Of a DNA stretch of 64,000 bases, positions 10,337-20,600 are shown piece after piece. The stretch is from Rhizodiscina lignyota (Eukaryota), in the NCBI GenBank assembly GCA_010015805.1, contig ML978123.1, forward strand, positions 2,418,001-2,482,000. Reading direction: 5' to 3'. Positions within the stretch are counted from its first letter, which is position 1, and every line of letters starts with the position of its first letter. The position numbers and the translations under genes are program-made. The notes under the pieces are model-generated. The model saw nothing but the letters and a program-made list of their open reading frames with translations. It was not told the origin of the DNA and did no database searches.

Positions 10337-10486
10337 ACTCCGGTGAGCAAATTCTCCCCGGCTTTGACCAATCAAAGCTAATAAAAGGCCAGTTGGCGCA
10401 GAGGTAGCGCGCCGTTCTTATACTAGTCATTTGCACTCGTATGAATAGTCATGCGGATGTCACGGGTTCGAATCCCGTACGGAGTA
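10337..10486 (+). tRNA. tRNA-Ile(UAU) with two introns: putative spliceosomal intron 10343-10392 and canonical tRNA intron 10423-10450
   Basis: Spliced cloverleaf: acceptor ACTCCGT/ACGGAGT, D stem GCGC/GCGC, anticodon stem CCGTT/TGCGG, anticodon TAT at 10419-10421, T arm ACGGG-TTCGAAT-CCCGT, discriminator A at 10486. Confidence 0.88.
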
Positions 10487-10490
10487 TATC

Positions 10491-10495
10491 TTTTT
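10491..10495 (+). terminator. Pol III-type oligo-T terminator of the tRNA gene
   Basis: T5 run starting 5 nt after the discriminator base. Confidence 0.65.
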
Positions 10496-10779
10496 AAAAG
10501 TTGCATTTCCTATCATTCTGCAAATTTTAAATTAATTTTTTGGGCTGTAGTGGTGAAGAAAATACATTTTTGGTGGCGGTGGTGAGCCGGGCCACGGCGG
10601 GAACCTTTCTCCCATGGACGAAAACTCGGTGATTTTGTACAATAATCAGACAAATTCCAGTTAGGTATTAACAGAGGGATGAAATATTCCATCAGTAGCT
10701 TCTAGGTTTTTAGAAACTCACTCAAATTTAAGACCTAGAGCTCTTCTTCTTCTTCCGAAGCTGTGGCGGGGCTATATTT

Positions 10780-11330
10780 GTCGTTAGATGGATTCAACTT
10801 GCACGGACTACGAAGCTACCGGGCCAAAGTAGAAAACTCGAGTTGTGAGAGGACAAACTGAAATGGAACTCTCGAAAAATGTTACTATTGCGAAAAGCTT
10901 TCTTTGTTCTTTCTCGTCCTCCACCTTTTGCCCTTCTCCTTCTTCTCCTCCTTCTCCTCCACCTTCTCCTTTTGCTTTTCCTTTCTCAGTTACAAAGGAG
11001 CTAGTTTCCTACGAGCGAACAGTATAGAGCTACTCTATTATAGTTGCCTTCAGCACTTCTAAGGAGCTTCCGTATATCACGGAGTTTATATTCGATGTTA
11101 TATAAGAGTAGCTTATCAAGCCTACCCTAGAAGATTTGCTTCTTCTCGTTATAAAAAAGAGATGCTATTACAGGTCTCACACCCTTATATAAAACGAGGT
11201 CCTTCGTACTATCCCTACCTACTTAGCTATATAGGGGAGTGTCGGCGAAGCGAGCGTCGCCGCGGCAGCAGTAGGAGGAGGGGTTATAGGCGATTATAGG
11301 TAGAAATGGAGCTATGAAATACGTAAACAT
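10780..11330 (-). pseudogene. RIP-like degenerate coding remnant
   Basis: TpA-rich, stop-interrupted sequence with protein-like stretches on the minus strand (TEKGKAKGEGGGEGGEEGEGQKVEDEKEQRKLF; PITPPPTAAAATLASP). Confidence 0.4.
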
Positions 11331-11516
11331 TCACTATGCTAATTCATATCTGATTAAGCAAGACTTATATAGTGTATAACGGACGACATTATGTTGCTCT
11401 TACGTTACCAACGCTAGGAAGTGGGCAGAGGTCGCTATGGAAGATTTCAAATGAAGCTGTATCATTCAGAAAACACAAGATAGTGCTATAGATTCTTGGA
11501 TTCCCCAAAATCTCTT

Positions 11517-12326
11517 CTACAGCTTACTTACATTCACACCGAGCTTCTCAGCGGCGGTAACAAAGCCTTCATTGCCATCCTCCACCCAAACGTCGACCCA
11601 CCCATCCTTCCTTGCCTGCTCGACCTGATCAGCCGGCATGTCCTCCTCCTGTGGCCTCCATACGTAAACAGCTGCAAAACCCAAAGCCTTTGCCGCCTTG
11701 AGATCATAAAGATGAGCAGCAACCATTGCACATTCGTTAGGTTTAAGCCCCATCTTCTCTGCACCCCCGAGATATACTGTCGGTGAGGGCTTGTACGAAT
11801 TAAACATCTCTGCGCTGATAATATGCGTAAATGGTATGCGTGAATGCGTCCGCAGATCCTCAAGCAATGATGTGTTGCCATTGCTTAAGGTGCAGGTGTA
11901 GAATAGCTTGTTCATCTCGGCAATTCCTCTCACAGAATCCGACCAAGGGTCAAGCCGGTGCCAAATGAGGCTCAGGTCATGTAGCTCATCCGGTGTCCAC
12001 AAACCCTCCAATGCATGCTCTTGTAGTAGTTCAAGCAGACTATCGTAATGATGTTGATCGACGTTCTTGTATGGGATATCCGGATTCGCTGCCAGCTTTT
12101 TGGTAAACACCTTGTAGGTAGTCCGCCATTTCTGCGCAAAGGTACCCCAGTCACCCACTGTCATGTTTGAAGCCTTCATTCGCACCGCGGATGGGATTGA
12201 GGAGGTAGCGGCATTGAGAGCTTTGCTTGATGCATCTTCAAGGCCACGAGTGACTGTGCCGCGCCAGTCTACGCAGGTACCGAAGACGTCGAAGAAAAGA
12301 CCCTTGATAGGCTGCGAGGAAGACAT
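11517..12326 (-). CDS. Haloacid dehalogenase type II-like HAD hydrolase
   Basis: FFDVFGTCVDW motif I, LSNGN, YKPSP and MVAAHLYDL motifs. Likely ATG at 12326. Confidence 0.9.
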   Translation of the reverse strand: MSSSQPIKGLFFDVFGTCVDWRGTVTRGLEDASSKALNAATSSIPSAVRMKASNMTVGDWGTFAQKWRTTYKVFTKKLAANPDIPYKNVDQHHYDSLLELLQEHALEGLWTPDELHDLSLIWHRLDPWSDSVRGIAEMNKLFYTCTLSNGNTSLLEDLRTHSRIPFTHIISAEMFNSYKPSPTVYLGGAEKMGLKPNECAMVAAHLYDLKAAKALGFAAVYVWRPQEEDMPADQVEQARKDGWVDVWVEDGNEGFVTAAEKLGVNVSKL

Positions 12327-12990
12327 CTTAGCGTTCGGGAGCGTCTTGGAAGATATGAGAAGCGCACCATGAGGAGAGCATACACCTCGCTTTCTATACC
12401 TCGGAGAGCTCGACCATGCTGGAGCTAACCGATTGCGCCGGGTGAATGATGTCCAGGAATCTCTCAGCGGGGATTGAATGTCCGTTGCCAGTGATTTGAA
12501 TATGGACAAGTGACCATCAGGCCAGTTAACAAACTTAGAAATATCTGCATCCCCAAGGCTCAATGCCCAACCTATCTGTCGGGGTGGAGACTATGAAAAT
12601 AATACCAATGCATTGGCCTGTTGGGCGCATCGGAAGTGTGCAGATTCTACTGGGACCGACCGAGATGTGACTAGCGCCTTGAAAATAATAGACTAGGATA
12701 ATTCAGATCTCTTGGAATTAATTTGAGAAATTCCCCGCACGATCTGAGGATCTTACAGTTGAATGAAAGAATTGAAATATGAACTTCCCTATTCTCTTCT
12801 AATCTTGCCGTAATTCTTATTTTGAAGCTCAATGCAAGGCTTGTAGTTCCCTGATTGGGAAAGTAGCTTAAGATATGGTTTGTTCCGGAGCGTACGTTTA
12901 TCCGAACCCACACTGCCAACCGAAAACTTCAGAACGTCAAACAATTGAACTCGCGACAACCATCTCGAACCCATTCAACATCCAGTCGCC

Positions 12991-13735
12991 ATGGGTAAGT
13001 CACCAACTACCTATATATCCTCTGATTATTACTTAGATCCTCGAATCTGACAATATCTGCAGGTATCGACCTCGACAGACATCATGTGCGGGCCTCGCAC
13101 CGCAAGGCGCCCAAGAGCGACAACGTCTACGTCCGCCTGCTCGTGAAGCTCTACCGATTCCTTGCACGTACGTATTGAGGTTCTCTAATTCATAATGGTG
13201 TCTGATAAATCATTTGCAGGCCGCACCGACTCCAAATTCAACCAGGTCGTTCTCCGCCGCCTCTTCATGTCCCGCATCAACCGCCCTCCTATGTCTCTCT
13301 CCCGCATTGTCGTTAACGGTGCGAATCCGCACGCCGAGGAAGCCCACAAGGGCAAGACGATTGTGATTGTCGGCACTGTCACGGATGACAACAGGCTGAT
13401 GGAGGTTCCCAAGATGACCATCGCTGCGCTTCGCTTCACCGCGACTGCAAGGGCAAGGATTATCAAGGCTGGTGGAGAGTGTCTGACACTTGATGAGCTT
13501 GCTCTGAGGGCGCCGATGGGCCAGAATACGCTGTTGTTGAGAGGCCCGAAGAACGCTAGGGAGGCGGTTAAGCACTTCGGCTTTGGCCCGCATTCGCACA
13601 AGGTGGGTACATTGGGAGAAACTGCGACCATCGTTCTGATGCTGACAACTTTTACAGAAGCCATATGTCGAGAGCAAGGGCAGGAAGTTCGAGCGTGCCC
13701 GTGGCCGCAGACGATCGAGGGGTTTCAAGGTCTAG
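12991..13735 (+). CDS. RPL18: 60S ribosomal protein eL18 (4 exons)
   Basis: Exons 12991-12994, 13063-13167, 13220-13602, 13658-13735 give [11 protein letters not shown]…[15 protein letters not shown]…[25 protein letters not shown]. Confidence 0.97.
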
Positions 13736-13967
13736 TCGTGGACTTTCACACAAGTTTTACGTGGCGAACGTGGACACTTTCATCAGGCGAGGTCTTAGGT
13801 TTTGCATTGCGACAGAAGATCAATCAACGGTGTATTTACACAGTTTGCTTGTCATAACCAAATCAAGCATTTGAAAAAAAGCATTCGGAATCTTCTACAA
13901 CGACAATTCCGTCTCATCTAAATGACTGCAGGTGAACTTCAAAAAAGCGCAAAGCATAAGCCATACC

Positions 13968-15680
13968 TCAGCCCTTTTTCTCCATATAACTCTTCCAATT
14001 CCCTTCTCTCAATCTCTTGTCCTTCTCTCTAACTTCTTCATTGGCTTTCCTCGCATACTCCTCCACTAAGCCTCGTACTCTTAAATCGCTGACCCCCAGG
14101 ATCCTGGCCGCCAACAGCGCAGCATTCACACTGTTCCCTATCGCGACCGTTGCAACTGGTACCCCTCTTGGCATCTGCACGATGCTGTAAAGGCTGTCTT
14201 GTCCATCGAGACTACTGGCCTTTACAGGTACCCCGATGACTGGGAGACTCGTGTAGGCCGCAGCCATACCAGGCAAGTGCGCTGCACCCCCTGCAGCCGC
14301 AATGATCACACGAATACCGGTTGAGGCGGCCGTGGAGACAAATGATGCCATGACTTCTGGAGTGCGATGCGCAGAGGTAATGCGCACAGTATACGGAATT
14401 GCGAAGGTATCGAGGATGGTCAGACCGGGGGCGAGTGTAGGAAGATCAGAGTCAGAGCCCATAATCACTGCGATTTGCGGCACCTCTTTTCCGCCCTTGG
14501 CCCTTGAAGGTGTGGCTGAAGCAGGTTTCCTCCCAGAGTGCTTGTCGAATACATCGATGAGAGGCTGGATTAATTGCTCTGCTTCCGCCATTGTCTCAGC
14601 TGTGACTGTCACATGACCCATTTTACGCCCTGGAGTGGTGGCTGGACCTTTGCCATAAAGGTGGATGCTTGTTCTTGGATTGGATAGAGCGGCTGTGATG
14701 AAGGGGTCGATGGATCCACCAGTTGCAGATCCTAAAATGTTGAGCATGACTGCTGGTTCCCGCATCTCAAGGCTACTCGGTGGGATGGGAAGGTCCAAAA
14801 TAGCACGGAGATGGGCGTCGTACTGTGATATAGGACATGATTCTATCGTGTAATGACCCGAGTTATGCGGTCGTGGTGCGATTTCGTTGATGAGAAGTTG
14901 GTCGTTTTCAAGGAGGAACATTTCTACCCCAAATACGCCTTTCCCTTCGAATGCTGCAACTGCTTTCCTAGCTAGCTGCTGTGCCTTATCTGCTGTCGCT
15001 CGTGAGAGGTTCCGAGCTGGAGCGTACACGAGCTTGCATATGCTGTTCTCATGGACTGTCTCGACCGTAGGAAAGGACAGGACGCCATCCTTCGTCTTGA
15101 CGGCCATCACAGCAAGCTCGGCTTTGAAGGGAGCCCAACGCTCTGCATACACCTTTCGATCTTTGCAAAAGTCGCTGCCATGATCCAGGTCGTCCTTGGA
15201 CATGATGGGTAAGTTCCCTCGGCCATCGTATGCTTCTCTTCGCGATTTGAGCATAAAAGGAAAGTCGAAAACTTCAGCCACCCTCTTCAGCTCGTCCACA
15301 GAGCCAGAGTCCAGAGATATCGAGTCAGCTAACGCTATGCCGGCGCTCTTTAGGTGTTGCTTTTGATCAAATTTGTCTTGTATCGTTGCTACCGTTCGCC
15401 AATGAGGCTCGAAGATTACGCCGCTTTGTGTCAGTTCTTCCAGTACCAGGGTATCGATATGTTCGATTTCCGCCGTCAGAACGTCGCATTCTGCTGCCAG
15501 CTGACGGATAGCATGGGAGTCTTTGAATGAGCCTACGATGTGATTTGATGTGCCCAGGATCTGCTTGGCCGGAGCATTCTCCTTGTCGAGGATGAGGACT
15601 TTAATATTGAGACGGTTTGCCGCTTCAGCGAACATGCGGCCGAGCTGGCCACCGCCCAGGACCCCGACGGTCTTGTTCAT
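13968..15680 (-). CDS. ADE2: Phosphoribosylaminoimidazole carboxylase (PurK-PurE fusion)
   Basis: [36 protein letters not shown] and GGAAHLPG motifs. Confidence 0.97.
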   Translation of the reverse strand: MNKTVGVLGGGQLGRMFAEAANRLNIKVLILDKENAPAKQILGTSNHIVGSFKDSHAIRQLAAECDVLTAEIEHIDTLVLEELTQSGVIFEPHWRTVATIQDKFDQKQHLKSAGIALADSISLDSGSVDELKRVAEVFDFPFMLKSRREAYDGRGNLPIMSKDDLDHGSDFCKDRKVYAERWAPFKAELAVMAVKTKDGVLSFPTVETVHENSICKLVYAPARNLSRATADKAQQLARKAVAAFEGKGVFGVEMFLLENDQLLINEIAPRPHNSGHYTIESCPISQYDAHLRAILDLPIPPSSLEMREPAVMLNILGSATGGSIDPFITAALSNPRTSIHLYGKGPATTPGRKMGHVTVTAETMAEAEQLIQPLIDVFDKHSGRKPASATPSRAKGGKEVPQIAVIMGSDSDLPTLAPGLTILDTFAIPYTVRITSAHRTPEVMASFVSTAASTGIRVIIAAAGGAAHLPGMAAAYTSLPVIGVPVKASSLDGQDSLYSIVQMPRGVPVATVAIGNSVNAALLAARILGVSDLRVRGLVEEYARKANEEVREKDKRLREGNWKSYMEKKG

Positions 15681-16264
15681 ATTTTATAATGTGCTTGAGG
15701 TGAAGTGCGATGGAGTTGTGTAGACCTTGACGAATTGCGAGCGGTATGTTCCGGTGCAATACGAAATGTTGAATAGGCTCCCCAAAAATCTGAGGATGTA
15801 AGATACCTTAAGTAGCAACTTCAATGGACAGCCATTCAACGAAGTCGTTGCTTCCTTTATGGTTTTCCTTGTAATTGACTAACTTGGGGGGCTTCTTGAG
15901 ACAGTTGAGACATATCAATATGACGGAAATTCAAATATCTTTGTCAATTTTGACTATGTAGGGCAGGAAGTATAACTTGATGTTACTGTAGACGAATAAG
16001 CCACGCCTTGCATCAAACTCCAAAGACTTTCTTTCTGAGATGATTAAAGATCTTGTCTGATCTTTTCAACCAATCATACGCCTCAGCGGTGGGGCCATCA
16101 ATTGCCCGGAACGGAAAAACGAAGCTTCCACGATGCAGCGCAGGTCACTTCTACATGCCTGCATGAGCTACCTTACGCTGAAATCGCAAGCTGTTCAGAA
16201 AGGATAGACAACACAAATCTCTCAACTCCAAGCGCGAGCTCAAGCTCGCACCGTAACTGCCATT

Positions 16265-16922
16265 ATGGCGCCAAATATGTCACTCTTTTCCGTCAACGCC
16301 GTCCTCATCCTCTCCACCGACGACTCGCGAATCCTCACGAAATACTACTCACCTCCACACCCGCCAGCAGGCACTCCTGCAAACTCCACAAATTACCCAG
16401 GCGCAAATCCATACCCGAGTCTAAAGGATCAAAAAGCTTTTGAGAAGGGGCTGCTTGAGAAGACTGCAAAGCAAACCAGCGATATCATTTTATATGATAA
16501 TCGGGTAGTAGTCTTCAAGATGGAGAGTGACGTGATGCTGTATGTGGTGGGAGGCGTAGATGAGAATGAGATATTACTCTATAGCGTCATTCTGGCGTTG
16601 CGAGACTCATTGAACATTCTCCTCAAGTATGTTTGCAACCTTACGCTCATTTTGGCTCCATCCTAATGACATGCAAAGGAGCTCGGTAGACAAGCGGACG
16701 ATTATTGAAAACTACGACCTTGTTTCGCTCGCGATAGATGAGATTGTCGACGACGGCATTGTCCTCGAGACCGACCCAATCATTGTCGCAAGCAGAGTGA
16801 GCAGGCCCCCTGCGCAAGACATGGCCAGCATGAAGGGGATTGATCTGTCGGAACAAGGGTTATTGAACGCGTGGGAAATGGTAAAGGTGAAGGCAAAGGA
16901 GAGGATAAGAGACGGGTTATAA
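16265..16922 (+). CDS. RET3: Coatomer subunit zeta (intron 16627-16678)
   Basis: Longin-like sequence FEKGLLEKT…ENEILLY…VDKRTIIENYDLVSLAIDEIVDDGIVLETDP. Confidence 0.93.
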
Positions 16923-17603
16923 GTGAACGACAAATTTACGAGTTAGGAGCTGACGACTTGTGCTGGTCTATACCACGATCAACAAGATCGCACCGCCTTG
17001 GACCATAGCGAGGTTTGGCGTTTGGGCGCAGCTATGATAGATAAATTGAGGCGGGCTTTGCAAGGCCTCGGATTTGGGGGACGTGGATTCCATTGCGACG
17101 ATGCCAGTGGCTGCTGAAATAGTGACAGTATTGCAGACAACAAACTAGTCGCAATGATAGACGTCCCCCCACTTTCTGACATTTTGTTCGTGAGTGTTAT
17201 GTTCAACTTAGCGTGTGCGCTATGGCAGTGAGAGTAGTTATAATGTCCAGCAGGACTTGCTAACTTGACACTGGTCTCTTTGTGATCTTTATGTGGAAGA
17301 AAATATTAAGGAAGCTAATTTTACAATTTCGTAGAGCTCGAGCAAGGTCTATGTCATATGAAGCCTTTCGGAACTATCAATAGACTCAGAGCTGGAGTAA
17401 GTTTGACCAGAAGCCGGGCGTGATCCCTTAAATCGATTTGTGTGCGTCACCGTGGTTTCGACAAATCGACATTATAGCCATTGTGCACGTGTCAATCGCT
17501 CCGCACCTCTTAGGTATTTTGCATGACGCAACTCTATGAAACATCCACACTCTACAATCTAGGTTATACCCTTCACCATCACACTCTCCACCGACGTGCC
17601 ACC

Positions 17604-20600
17604 ATGAAGCAGCGGTTCTCCTCTTTGGACGTCAAAGTAATCGCTCACGAGCTGAATGCCACCCTACCTTCACTCCGTGTCACGAATATCTACGACCTTT
17701 CCACGCGCATCTTCCTAATAAAGTTCCACGCACCAAACCAGCGCGAACAGCTGGTAATAGACTCTGGCTTCCGATGCCACCTCTCCTCCTTTGCACGCAC
17801 AACTGCCGCTGCCCCGTCGCCGTTCGTTCAACGGCTTCGAAAGTTCCTCAAGACCAGGCGAGTAACGAAAGTCGCGCAAATCGGAACCGATCGCATAATT
17901 GAGCTACAGTTTTCAGATGGGCTCTACAGGCTATTCTTAGAGTTCTATGCGGCGGGCAACATCGTTCTCACAGATGCGGAGTTGAACGTTATTGCGTTGC
18001 AACGGATTGTTAGCGAGGGCGATGAGCAGGTCAAGCTGGGCGCAAAATACAATCTTGAAGGGAGGCAGAACTATGCCGGTGTGCCGGAGCTGACGAGGGA
18101 AAGTGTTGTGGAGCGGCTAAAAGCAGCTGTCGCAAAACAGAGTGAGGCGACGCAGGATGACGGGGCGAAGAAAGCAAAGTTCAAGAAGAAGGGCAAGGAT
18201 GCACTGAGGAAGACGCTAGCAGTGAGCTTGACAGAATACCCGCCAATGCTGCTAGATCATGGGTTGAGTGTTGTTGGGTTCGATAAAGAGACTAGCCCAG
18301 AAGAAGTGATCGAGAAGGACTCTGTAATGGAAAAGCTCATGGAAGCCTTACAGGAGGCCAGGAGAATCATCGATGAGGTCATGGCAGCATCAATAGTAAA
18401 GGGCTACATTCTAGCAAAGCCACTCAAGAAATCCGAGCAGGAGAAAGAGGCCAACAAAGAAAGTGGGGAAGGTTCAGACACGACATCGAACCTCATTTAC
18501 GACGACTTCCATCCGTTCAAGCCCCACCAATTCGAGAGTGATCCGTCAATACGATTCCTTGAATTTGAAGGCTTCAACAAGACAGTTGACGAATTCTTCT
18601 CATCTATAGAAGGGCAGAGGCTCGAATCACGACTTCACGAGCGCGAGGAGGCAGCAAAGCGGAAGCTAGATCAGGCACGAGCGGATCATGAGAAACGTAT
18701 CGACAGCTTGCAGCAGGTCCAGGTATCGAACGTACGGAAAGCCCAAGCAATCGAGGCAAACCTGGAGCGCGTTGAAGAGGCCAAAGCTGCGGTAAATGGG
18801 TTGATTGGGCAAGGAATGGACTGGGCCGATATCGCCAGGCTGATTGAGACAGAGCAGAAGAGAGGAAATCAAGTGGCGCAGATGATCAAGCTACCGCTCA
18901 AGCTGTACGAGAACACAGTGACACTGCTTCTAGCTGAGCCTAGCTTTGACGAAGACCCTGATGACGAAGGATATGAGACAGAGACCCATTCTTCCGACAG
19001 CGAGGATGAATTACCGACTACCACCAAGGGGAAAGAGCTCGCAGCAAAGGAGGAAGACAAGCGGCTTACTGTCGACATCGACCTTGGACTGTCCTCTTGG
19101 ACGAATGCGAGCCAGTACTACGATCAAAAGAAGAGCGCTGTTAAAAAGGAAGAGAAGACCGCCCAAGCCTCTGGCAAGGCTCTAAAGAGTGCACAGCTGA
19201 AGATTCAGGCCGATCTGAAGAAAGGCCTGAAGCAGGAGAAGGATGTGTTGAGGCCGGTAAGAAAGCAGTTTTGGTTTGAAAAGTTCCTTTATTTCATATC
19301 TTCAGAAGGCTACCTTGTCCTTGGTGGCAAAGACGCGCCTCAAAATGAACTGCTTTACCGAAAGCATCTTCGCAAAGGAGACGTCTACGTTCATGCGGAC
19401 TTGCATGGCGCTTCATCTGTCATCATAAAAAATAACCCTGCGACCCCGGATGCGCCGATTCCGCCGTCTACACTTTCACAAGCTGGTAACCTATCAGTGT
19501 GTACGTCCTCGGCCTGGGACTCAAAAGCCGTCATGTCGGCTTGGTGGGTAAACGCAGATCAGGTCTCGAAAACAGCGCCTACAGGGGAGTATCTCACCAC
19601 TGGCGGTTTCATGATCAGAGGTCAGAAAAACTTCTTGCCTCCTGCACAGCTGTTGCTTGGATTTGCCGTCATGTTTCAGATCAGCGAGGACAGCAAGAGC
19701 AGACATATCAAGCACCGCATTCTAGATTCCGATCCCACTGTGCTGGGTGCTGCAGAGGCTAAACCACCTGAGCCGGCGGAAGAGGCCGCTCCAGAGCCTG
19801 AGCCTGAACCTGAGCCAGCGGCCCCCACCCAAGATTCTGACGAGGAGGAGGACTTCCCAGATGTCAAAGTAACCGGACTTTCAATTGATTCCGATGAAGA
19901 TGAGGATTTCCCTGACGCGAAACTGGATGACAGCAATCCGGAAGCTGAAGACGAGGAAGAAGGAACCGCCACATACAACCCGCTTCAGGAAGGTACCTCA
20001 GAGGCCAAGGAGAATGAGGATGATGGTGACGACAATGAGAGCTATGCAGAGAATGAGGACGAAGTTGCAGATCCCACAAAGGGAGCTGAGAAAGCCCAAA
20101 GTTCCGAGAACGCGGCTGACGAAAAGTCACAAAAGGGCACCCGTCACCTTTCAGCGAAAGAGCGGCGTCTACTCCGCAAAGGCATCACCTCGTCCCAGCA
20201 ACCTTCTACAGCGGCCAGTGAATCCGACCCGGAACCACGGGACACCCGGCCATCAGCTCCGTCTCCTGCACCCACCTCTAGTAGCGCTTCTAAAGGCAAA
20301 CCACAGCCGGTACCCCGTGGTAAGCGCGGCAAGCAGAAGAAGCTGGCAGCCAAGTACGCCGACCAAGACGAGGAAGACCGCGAACTTGCCATGCGCATTC
20401 TTGGCTCAAAGACTGGGCAAGAGCAAGCAAAGGCCGAGGCCGAGGCCAGGAAGAAAAAGAAGGAGGAGGAAGAAGCGCAGAAGCAACGACGCAGAGAACA
20501 GCACCAGCGCGTCCAGGCCGCCGCAGAAGAGAAGCGCAGGAGGGCTGTAGACGGCGCCGCCCGTGCAGAAGGCGCACCAGAAGACGACGCAGACGAGACG

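Noticed and set aside
10412..10456. tRNA-Met with a CAT->TAT mutated anticodon (suggested by U31-U39 and A1-U72)
   Set aside because: The anticodon stem has the U30-G40 wobble and ATGC 3' strand typical of eukaryotic tRNA-Ile. It lacks the initiator G-C triplet and A54. The second copy also reads TAT.
10387..10486. Conventional single-intron tRNA starting at GGCCAGT, or a simple tRNA pseudogene
   Set aside because: That 5' strand mispairs at three of seven acceptor positions. A perfect complement sits exactly one GT-branch-AG segment upstream and the rest of the cloverleaf is intact.
1..11450. Definite Starship call
   Set aside because: No captain tyrosine recombinase or defined direct-repeat terminus is recognisable within the window. 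Kept only as a hypothesis.
12327..12563. N-terminal extensions of ORF-track calls (HAD here; likewise 5422-5553, 7310-7516, 17523-17603, 31054-31206)
   Set aside because: Most begin at non-ATG codons or precede the recognisable N-terminus; downstream ATGs fit better.
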